IMG/VR virus record: IMGVR_UViG_3300042564_000781
Location: 32,001-96,000 of that record
Source: a virus
Reading direction: 5' to 3' (one strand)
Length of the DNA: 64,000 nt
Numbering within the stretch: the first letter of the stretch is position 1; every line of letters starts with the position of its first letter. Position numbers and translations under genes: made by a program. The notes under the pieces were generated by a model. The model was given only the letters and a program-made list of their open reading frames with translations, was not told the origin of the DNA and searched no databases. Below, piece after piece: positions 57,312 through 64,000 of this stretch.

Positions 57312-58612
57312 TATAAATCTGCCTTAGGTTTAAGTGCTTTACTCAATGCTTGACGTTCTGCAACATTCTCACCAGCGATGTTATCAGTTGCTGTATTATT
57401 AATAAACCCAGTTCTGAAAGTTTGTTTAGTATCGGTATTTGACAAGGTAGTACGAATCGCATCTTCACGTTTAACCCAACGTGATCCGTCATATCTAAAT
57501 AATCTATTGGGTAAAAAGTCAGTTCTTAAGAAGAAGTCGCCGTCAATAGCACCTGCAGGAAAGGCAATTCCGTGCCCAAAATCAACACCATTAGGGGGAA
57601 TGCCATCACCTAACAAGTATCCGCTATAGCCAGTACGATTTGGTCTAGCCCCGATTCTACTTGCATCCATCTGCATACTAGAAGCATCTGGCGGAGTTGT
57701 TGCATCGTCTACTGTGATAAGTGCAGGGTTACCAAACTCGTCAGCAGATAGTGAATAAAATTGTTGGGTTTCATAACCACTCTTAGGAGCATTGGCTTCT
57801 GCTTGGTCAAGAATAGCATCATTGATCTCAAGACTTTTTGTCTGTGTACTTAAAATGCTTTGTATAGTGGCGCCAGAGTATACACTAAAGTAACTGGCAT
57901 TTGGCGGAGCTCTGCCTGTAGTAGCTGCGGTAACTTGATACAGTGTGCCTTGATAGCGAATAATTTCTCCAACTGCATATGTTGTTGTTGGACTATAATC
58001 TCCTGTAAAGTTAGCATCTTTATCTGTAGGAGTTTTAAGAATGTCTGAGTACTGTTGTTGATCAGCAATCTTGCCTAATTTTAATCTGTATAGGTGTGGG
58101 TACCATGTGCGACTAAATCCTTCGGCGGCACGTCCAACTTCACTAACAACAAAGAATCTCGGAAGGGCTTGGTCAGCATCATTAAGTGCAAACTCATCGC
58201 GTAAGTGCGGCAGTTCTACCACATCACCTGCTAGCGGTTTACGTCCCACTAACTTGATAAAATCATTAATATGCACAGTCATAAAAACTGTGTCATTGTC
58301 AATGAACAAACCAAACTGACTTAGGTTAAAGTCAATGTCAGATACGTTATAAACGCCACGTACTGTATAAATTGAGCTGTCATACTTTCTATCACGATTT
58401 TCAAGGAACAATAAATCTTGTATATTTGTTTCTTTTACAGCATCGTACATAGGCATATCCGCAGTACTTTCACCTGTTAGGGGATTTTTAGGTCCTAAGT
58501 ATTTGTGCAGATATATGTCAGTACCGCCTACCTGAAACATCTCAGATATACTGCGATCGTGAAATTTGTAATCATTGCCTTTCTCGGGCTTGTAAAGGGA
58601 TAAACGTGGCAT
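57311..58612 (-). CDS. gp14: Neck protein (T4 gp14-like) with C-terminal extension
   Basis: Start reassigned to ATG 58612 (MPRLSLY). LFLENRDRKYD, LSQFGLF, GDVVELP; CBM-like YAVGEIIRYQGTLY segment; between gp13 and gp15. Confidence 0.65.
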   Translation of the reverse strand: MPRLSLYKPEKGNDYKFHDRSISEMFQVGGTDIYLHKYLGPKNPLTGESTADMPMYDAVKETNIQDLLFLENRDRKYDSSIYTVRGVYNVSDIDFNLSQFGLFIDNDTVFMTVHINDFIKLVGRKPLAGDVVELPHLRDEFALNDADQALPRFFVVSEVGRAAEGFSRTWYPHLYRLKLGKIADQQQYSDILKTPTDKDANFTGDYSPTTTYAVGEIIRYQGTLYQVTAATTGRAPPNASYFSVYSGATIQSILSTQTKSLEINDAILDQAEANAPKSGYETQQFYSLSADEFGNPALITVDDATTPPDASSMQMDASRIGARPNRTGYSGYLLGDGIPPNGVDFGHGIAFPAGAIDGDFFLRTDFLPNRLFRYDGSRWVKREDAIRTTLSNTDTKQTFRTGFINNTATDNIAGENVAERQALSKALKPKADL

Positions 58613-58619
58613 AGTACAA

Positions 58620-58635
58620 TATTTAGCGATAAATA
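58620..58635. promoter_or_regulatory. Back-to-back late promoters GCTAAATA(-) and GATAAATA(+)
   Basis: TATTTAGC|GATAAATA imperfect 16-bp palindrome between divergent gp14 and gp13. Confidence 0.7.
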
Positions 58636-58650
58636 AGATGGGAGATACAA

Positions 58651-59412
58651 ATGTCAGACAATCCACAACAGGTTAAACAGCAAGTTTTTGATTATTGCCG
58701 CGCCATGCTAGGTGACGGTATGATTGACGTTGAGCTTGATCCAATTCATTATGAAACAGCATTAGATCGTGCGCTAACACGATTCCGCCAACGTAGTCCA
58801 AATGCAGTAGAAGAAAGCTACAGTTTCTTAACACTTGAGAAAGATAAAAATGATTACATACTGCCTGCAGAAATTATTAATGTTCAGTCTGTTTTTAGAA
58901 GAACATTGGGATCAAGAACTGGAGGTGGAACTGGAACAAACTTTGAGCCTTTCAATCTTGCGTACACTAACACGTATCTGTTAAACAGCACCATGCTGGG
59001 TGGTATTGCTACCTACTTTATGTTTGCTAGTTATCAAGAAATGATTGGTAAAATGTTCGGAGCATACATTGAATTCCAATGGATTCCTACAAGCCGCACA
59101 CTAAGAATACTACAACGTCCATTTAGTGAAGGCGAAGTAATAGGTCTACGCACACAGAATTTTAGACCAGATTATCTTATCATTGACGACATTTATGCTA
59201 AACAATGGATACGTGACTATTCACTAGCTAACTGTAAAATGATGTTAGGTGAGGCACGCTCTAAATTTGCATCTATCGCTGGACCACAAGGTGGCGGTGC
59301 GCTAAATGGTAATGACTTAAAGTCGGCTGGTAAAGAAGAACTAGCCGCATTAGACAAAGAATTAGAAACCTTAATCAGTGGTGGCACTGGTTATGCTTTT
59401 ATTATAGGTTAA
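58651..59412 (+). CDS. gp13: Neck protein (T4 gp13-like)
   Basis: YCRAMLG..MIDVEL, WIRDYSLA.CK..LGEARSKF, GG.ALNG, C-terminal F.IG. Confidence 0.8.
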   Translation: MSDNPQQVKQQVFDYCRAMLGDGMIDVELDPIHYETALDRALTRFRQRSPNAVEESYSFLTLEKDKNDYILPAEIINVQSVFRRTLGSRTGGGTGTNFEPFNLAYTNTYLLNSTMLGGIATYFMFASYQEMIGKMFGAYIEFQWIPTSRTLRILQRPFSEGEVIGLRTQNFRPDYLIIDDIYAKQWIRDYSLANCKMMLGEARSKFASIAGPQGGGALNGNDLKSAGKEELAALDKELETLISGGTGYAFIIG

Positions 59413-59414
59413 TT

Positions 59415-59711
59415 ATGAAAGTATACGAAATTATTTCAGAGTCAGCTGCGTGGAGACGCAAAGAAGGCAAGAGTAAAAAGGGTGGACTTAATGCCAAAGG
59501 TGTAGCCAGCTATCGTCGTGAGAACCCAGGTAGCAAACTACAGACAGCAGTTACTACTAAACCTAGTAAATTAAAAGCAGGCAGCAAAGCAGCCAAACGT
59601 CGTAAATCATTCTGTGCTAGAATGGGAGGTGTTGACGGTCCAATGAAAAAGCCCAACGGCAAACCAACTCGTAAAGCACTGGCACTAAGAAAATGGAATT
59701 GTGAAGAATGA
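59415..59711 (+). CDS. Highly basic small protein, probable internal head protein
   Basis: GGLNAKGVASY, RRKSFCARM, ALRKWNC; N-terminal MKVYEIISE leader. Confidence 0.7.
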   Translation: MKVYEIISESAAWRRKEGKSKKGGLNAKGVASYRRENPGSKLQTAVTTKPSKLKAGSKAAKRRKSFCARMGGVDGPMKKPNGKPTRKALALRKWNCEE

Positions 59712-60085
59712 AAGTCTACGACATTATTACAGAAGTAGCTCAACCTAAGCCAACTAAACGTCAAAGTCAGTCTAGTAAAGGTATGAATATCTACGGCGAT
59801 AAAGAAAAGGCTGACAGCACCTATGTGTCATTTAAATTAGGGCAAGCAATGGCCTGCACCGACGGCAAAACTAAGCCAGACATCGATGCCAAAAGTTGGT
59901 TTGGTAAAAAGAAAACAGTACATCCATATACCAAAGAAGAGCAAGATATGTTTGTTCAAGCTGCTAAAGCAGTGGGCGCAGACTACACTGATTTAAATCA
60001 CGGTGACATGCAAAGCAGAGAATTGGACAGCACTAATAAAACTAGTCCAGTTGCTAAGATTAAAACGAACAAATACGGCGTATAA
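59708..60085 (+). CDS. Small protein, probable internal head protein
   Basis: ATGA-coupled; N-terminal MKVYDIITE nearly identical to the upstream gene's leader. Confidence 0.65.
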   Translation: MKVYDIITEVAQPKPTKRQSQSSKGMNIYGDKEKADSTYVSFKLGQAMACTDGKTKPDIDAKSWFGKKKTVHPYTKEEQDMFVQAAKAVGADYTDLNHGDMQSRELDSTNKTSPVAKIKTNKYGV

Positions 60086-60090
60086 ATCTC

Positions 60091-60119
60091 TTGACCATGT
60101 AATCTATTTGTTATATAAT
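60091..60119 (+). promoter_or_regulatory. Sigma70-type promoter TTGACC-N17-TATAAT
   Basis: -35 at 60091-60096, -10 at 60114-60119, ATG at 60125. Confidence 0.75.
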
Positions 60120-60124
60120 AGATT

Positions 60125-60640
60125 ATGAGACAAATAATTGATAATTTTTTGCCAACTGATGAATTCAAAGCATTTCAATCAGAGATAATAAGTGATTTTT
60201 TCCCGTGGCATCTAGACACGGTATTGAACTACGATATTCCTAAATTAGTTGACGTTTTAGACAACTGGCAACTAGTACATTCGTTTTATCATCCACGGCA
60301 TTACTCACCTTCATTTAGATTGATAGAACCAATTATAGCTAGACTTCAACCGGATCTCCGTGTACTGTTAAAAGCAAAAGTAAATTTAAATCCACGAGCC
60401 GAAAAAATTAAAATACATGGGTATCACTGTGACGTACCGTGGTCTGACGTGACTGCGATATCAAAAACTGCTGTGTTATATATTAACAGCAACAATGGCT
60501 TTACTATATTCGAAAAAGACGGTGAAAAAATTAATAGTGTGGCTAATCGAATGGTAATATTCTCAGCAGATGATCGACACAGCGGTACTACCTGTACTGA
60601 TCAACAATTTCGTGTTGTATTAAATTTAAATTTTATTTAA
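60125..60640 (+). CDS. 2OG-Fe(II) oxygenase family protein (HxD type)
   Basis: FPW, GYHCD, AVLYINSNNGFT, NRMVIF, HSGTTCTD..FRVVLNLN. Confidence 0.8.
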   Translation: MRQIIDNFLPTDEFKAFQSEIISDFFPWHLDTVLNYDIPKLVDVLDNWQLVHSFYHPRHYSPSFRLIEPIIARLQPDLRVLLKAKVNLNPRAEKIKIHGYHCDVPWSDVTAISKTAVLYINSNNGFTIFEKDGEKINSVANRMVIFSADDRHSGTTCTDQQFRVVLNLNFI

Positions 60641-60648
60641 GGACTTTT

Positions 60649-61344
60649 ATGATTATAGGTGTATGCGGATTTATCGGGTCTGGCAAAGATACGGTTGCTG
60701 ACTATCTTACAAATTTTCATGGCTTCCGACGAGAATCATTTGCCAACAGTTTAAAAGATGCGGTAGCCCATGTGTTTGGTTGGGATCGAACCATGTTAGA
60801 AGGCCGCACTAAATCTGCACGTGAATGGCGCGAACAAGTAGATCCGTGGTGGAGTGAACGTTTAAATATGCCTAATCTTACTCCGCGTTGGGTATTGCAG
60901 TATTGGGGTACAGAAGTGTGCCGCAAAAGTTTCCATGACGATATATGGATTGCTTCGCTAGAAAATAAACTACGTAATAGTACCGACGATATTGTTATTA
61001 GCGATTGCCGCTTTCCTAACGAAATTAAATCAATTAAAGATGCAGGTGGTATTGTAGTACGTGTTCATCGAGGTCCAGAGCCAGAATGGTATCAAGATGC
61101 AATAAACGTAAACGAAGGCCGTGGCAATATGAGTTGGTTATTAAGCACCGACAAACTTAAAAGATTAGGCATTCATGCTAGCGAAACTGCCTGGGTTGGA
61201 ACTAAGTTTGACCTAGTACTTGATAACAATGCTACTATTGATGACTTGTTTGCACAGGTTAAAAGTCTGGTTTTAGAGAACCCTGCTTCCACTGAAACCC
61301 TTCCTTGTGAAGAGTCCTCTGACAGTTTGCACACACTGTCTTGA
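60649..61344 (+). CDS. Deoxynucleoside monophosphate kinase (T4 gp1-like)
   Basis: IIGVCGFIGSGKDT P-loop, FANSLKD, PRWVLQYWGTEV.R, ISDCRFPNE, HASE. Confidence 0.92.
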   Translation: MIIGVCGFIGSGKDTVADYLTNFHGFRRESFANSLKDAVAHVFGWDRTMLEGRTKSAREWREQVDPWWSERLNMPNLTPRWVLQYWGTEVCRKSFHDDIWIASLENKLRNSTDDIVISDCRFPNEIKSIKDAGGIVVRVHRGPEPEWYQDAINVNEGRGNMSWLLSTDKLKRLGIHASETAWVGTKFDLVLDNNATIDDLFAQVKSLVLENPASTETLPCEESSDSLHTLS

Positions 61345-61600
61345 GATTAGCAGGGCGGGAGTTGTTTAGATTTCCGTCCACATGGAATACGTTAAACTGT
61401 TCTCGGTGTTTGCTTTTATATCCACACTTATCACAGTCTGACTTCATTCGATAACCGTCCCTATACCACTTAGGTTCTCCACTGCGTATTCCGCCGTGAT
61501 GCAGACATGCTTCGCATCGTTTACGATAATATATACGTCCGTTCTTAACATAGTTAACGGCAGCGGGTCTTAAACCGCAAATACACAGAGGTCTTGTCAT
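61259..61600 (-). CDS. Zinc-finger HNH-like protein
   Basis: CxC, CEAC, CDKC, FHVDGNLNN...NLKTVCANCQ; probable start ATG 61600 just after a TATAAATA; overlaps the kinase 3' end by 86 nt. Confidence 0.75.
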   Translation of the reverse strand: MTRPLCICGLRPAAVNYVKNGRIYYRKRCEACLHHGGIRSGEPKWYRDGYRMKSDCDKCGYKSKHREQFNVFHVDGNLNNSRPANLKTVCANCQRTLHKEGFQWKQGSLKPDF

Positions 61601-61605
61601 ACACA

Positions 61606-61613
61606 TATTTATA
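61606..61613 (-). promoter_or_regulatory. Late promoter TATAAATA (minus strand)
   Basis: TATTTATA on + strand, 5 nt from ATG 61600. Confidence 0.7.
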
Positions 61614-61670
61614 CCGGACCTTTTTGCCCCCTTTTCTTAGGTGTATTAGCAGCTATTTTTAACCAAATGC

Positions 61671-61678
61671 TATAAATA
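61671..61678 (+). promoter_or_regulatory. Late promoter TATAAATA
   Basis: Exact consensus upstream of AGGAG SD and ATG 61711. Confidence 0.8.
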
Positions 61679-61710
61679 CATGTAGAACAAGAACCTTAGG
61701 AGATTCCAAA

Positions 61711-64000
61711 ATGGCATTAAGTTCACCAGGCGTACAAGTCAGCGTAATTGACGAATCATTTTATACACCAGCAGAACCTGGCACAGTCCCATTGATTGTG
61801 GTAGCGACAGCTGAGAACAAACAAAACGGCGGAGGCACCGGCATCGCCCCGGGAACACAAGTTGCCAACGACGGAACAGTGTATTTGCTAACAAGTCAGA
61901 AAGACCTAGCAGATACTTTTGGAGACCCAGTTTTCAAGACTGACTCTAATAACAATCCTATCCATGCAGGCGAGCAAAACGAATACGGTTTGCAAGCAGC
62001 CTACAGTTTACTAGGTGTTAGCAATCGTGCATTTGTAGTGCGAGCAAATGTTGATCTTGATCAACTAAATGCCAGCGCAGATGCACCGTCAGCTAATCCA
62101 GCAAACGGTACATATTGGTTAGATACACAAAATACAGCATTTGGTATTTTTGAATGGAACGATGCCGCAGCAACTGCTGGCGGTCAGATGTTTGTTGCAA
62201 AAACACCGATTGTTATTACTGATCAAAATCAAATTAGTGGATACGGCACTGCGGGACAATTACCAAAAACGTCAGTTGGTGCAATTGGTAACTATGCAAT
62301 AGATGCAACAGCTACTCCGGTCTCTGCATTCTACAAAAACACAGCAGGCGATTGGGTCAAAGTTGGTAGCAACGACTGGCAAGAAAGCATACCTACAGTA
62401 ACAGGTGACGCTTTTGTATCAGCTACAAATACTGAAACATTCCTTATCAATACTAACAGCATTGCAATTAGCGCAGGCGGTGCAAGCGGTATTGATGGCG
62501 TAATTGAAGACATCAACAATGCAGCCATTGCTGGTATCAGTGCAGTTAAATCAACAACTGGTAATAGAATTCAAATTTATTCAACAGGTGTAGCAGTGAC
62601 GATTGCAGCCGGTACAGCAACATTAGCTAATCTTGGACTAACTGCTGGAGTGTATCAAGCACCTAAGTTAGCAATTGACAAGCATACAGCAGTTCCGCAG
62701 TGGAAACATGCATCTAATGCGGCAAACGTTGCAGCAACAGGTTCTGTATGGATCAAGACAACTGAGCCGAACGCAGGCGCACGTTGGAGAGTCAAACGTT
62801 TCAACGCAGGTACAGCATTATGGGAAGCAGCTGAAGCTCCAATCTACGGAACGGCAGCATCAGCATTGAAGGGATTAGACACAGCTGGCGGCGGTTTAAA
62901 CCTAGCCGTTGGTACATTGTTTACTAAATCCAATTCAACTGACATCAGTACTTCAGAAGCTGATTTTGTAGTATACCGTCGTAAAGCAGGCGGTGCAACT
63001 ACAATTACTTCAGCAGTTATTACTAGCACCACTTTTGACGCTACTCCTGACTATACATTTACCCTACGGGAAAGTATTGTAGGTCAAGAAGCAATTTCAG
63101 CTGCATCTGCCACTATAACAGTTAACTGTGCTGGTGCAGCAGGCGATGCAGATGTATTTGCCGCAGCAATTAACACTGCCGGCCTAGTAAATGTTCAAGC
63201 ATCAGTTGATGCAAGCAACCGAGTGGTAATTACTCACACTAAAGGTGGCGACATTCAAATTGATCAAACTGCTGGTACTATTTTTGCCGATGCTGGATTC
63301 ACAACTAATTTTTATGCGTCTCCAACAGAGTCAACTACACACGATTATGTAGCCAGTAACTGGGAACCACTAAGTTATACAGCAGGTGCAGATGCTCCTA
63401 TGGCATTGGCAGCAGACGGCGCACTATGGTATAGTTCAGTAATTGATGAAATTGATATCATGGTTCACAATGGTACAACATGGGTTGGCTACGCTAGTGT
63501 TACTGGCACAGATCCAGCAGGTCCGTTAGTTAGTGCAACTGCACCAGAAACACAAAGCGATGACTCAACATTAGTTACTGGCGATCTATGGATTGACACT
63601 AGCGACATTGAAAACTTCCCAACAATTTACAAATACAACGCAGACTTAGCAGTAGGTCAACGTTGGGTATTAGTTGATAAGACTGATCAATCAACAGAAG
63701 ATGGCATCTTATTTGCAGATGCTCGCGCAGGCGCCAACGGTGGCTCAGCTACTGCATATCCTGACTCAACTATTATTGAATTGCTAGATAGCGCCTTCTT
63801 AGACTTTGATGCTCCAGATCCTGCACTATATCCACGTGGTATGTTGTTATGGAACCTACGCCGTAGTGGATTCAACGTTAAGAAATTTGTACGTAACTAC
63901 GTTGACCTAGCTGGCGACAACGGTCGTCAAGGTGGCGCATCAATGGCTGCTTACTACCCACATCGTTGGGTAACTGAAAGTGCTAACCAAGCTGACGGTT
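61711..64000 (+). CDS. gp18: Tail sheath protein (T4 gp18-like), 3'-truncated; missing from ORF track
   Basis: ATG 61711 gives MALSSPGVQVSVIDES...LLTSQKDLADTFGDP...EYGLQAAYSLLGVSNRAFVVRA; same frame still reads HRWVTESANQADG at the window end. Confidence 0.9.
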   Translation, partial: MALSSPGVQVSVIDESFYTPAEPGTVPLIVVATAENKQNGGGTGIAPGTQVANDGTVYLLTSQKDLADTFGDPVFKTDSNNNPIHAGEQNEYGLQAAYSLLGVSNRAFVVRANVDLDQLNASADAPSANPANGTYWLDTQNTAFGIFEWNDAAATAGGQMFVAKTPIVITDQNQISGYGTAGQLPKTSVGAIGNYAIDATATPVSAFYKNTAGDWVKVGSNDWQESIPTVTGDAFVSATNTETFLINTNSIAISAGGASGIDGVIEDINNAAIAGISAVKSTTGNRIQIYSTGVAVTIAAGTATLANLGLTAGVYQAPKLAIDKHTAVPQWKHASNAANVAATGSVWIKTTEPNAGARWRVKRFNAGTALWEAAEAPIYGTAASALKGLDTAGGGLNLAVGTLFTKSNSTDISTSEADFVVYRRKAGGATTITSAVITSTTFDATPDYTFTLRESIVGQEAISAASATITVNCAGAAGDADVFAAAINTAGLVNVQASVDASNRVVITHTKGGDIQIDQTAGTIFADAGFTTNFYASPTESTTHDYVASNWEPLSYTAGADAPMALAADGALWYSSVIDEIDIMVHNGTTWVGYASVTGTDPAGPLVSATAPETQSDDSTLVTGDLWIDTSDIENFPTIYKYNADLAVGQRWVLVDKTDQSTEDGILFADARAGANGGSATAYPDSTIIELLDSAFLDFDAPDPALYPRGMLLWNLRRSGFNVKKFVRNYVDLAGDNGRQGGASMAAYYPHRWVTESANQADG

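Noticed and set aside
58613-58666. ORF-track start of the gp14-like gene at 58666
   Set aside because: Would overlap the gp13 start and span both promoters; ATG 58612 fits better.
1-64000. Stop-codon recoding, CRISPR arrays, tRNA/rRNA, introns or inteins
   Set aside because: Standard code yields full-length, tightly packed genes ending in TAA or TGA; no spaced repeats or RNA genes noticed; core genes are uninterrupted.

Overview
A 64-kb segment of a large, AT-rich, T4-like (contractile-tailed) bacteriophage genome covering most of the virion morphogenesis module. Left to right: the 3' end of a tape-measure/baseplate-hub-like gene; the head cluster (portal gp20, small and acidic core proteins, protease gp21, scaffold gp22, major capsid gp23); about 35 kb of fibre/appendage genes, including two paralogous pairs of giant proteins (1333/1962 aa and 2702/3602 aa) with small partner proteins and a Gly/Cys-rich tip plus chaperone; a ~10-kb island of tailoring enzymes (3 flavin-dependent halogenase-like, 5 2OG-Fe(II) oxygenases, a GT9-like glycosyltransferase, a carbamoyltransferase); Nudix, gp15, gp14, gp13, two probable internal head proteins, a sixth oxygenase, dNMP kinase, a degenerate HNH protein and the 5' part of the tail sheath gene (absent from the ORF track). 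T4-type late promoters (NNTAAATA) punctuate the region. Most striking: (1) eight ~160-aa helical repeats in the 3602-aa virion protein, each with a C-x-R-D-x-G-Y-like motif resembling the bilin-attachment site of phycobiliproteins and alternating between two subtypes; (2) the tailoring island sits behind a divergent pair of late-promoter-like motifs next to the fibre tip gene, suggesting virion-protein modification; (3) multi-level nested (Russian-doll) domain insertions in the fibres. All assignments are from motif recognition by eye; no searches were run, and host and novelty cannot be established from the sequence alone.
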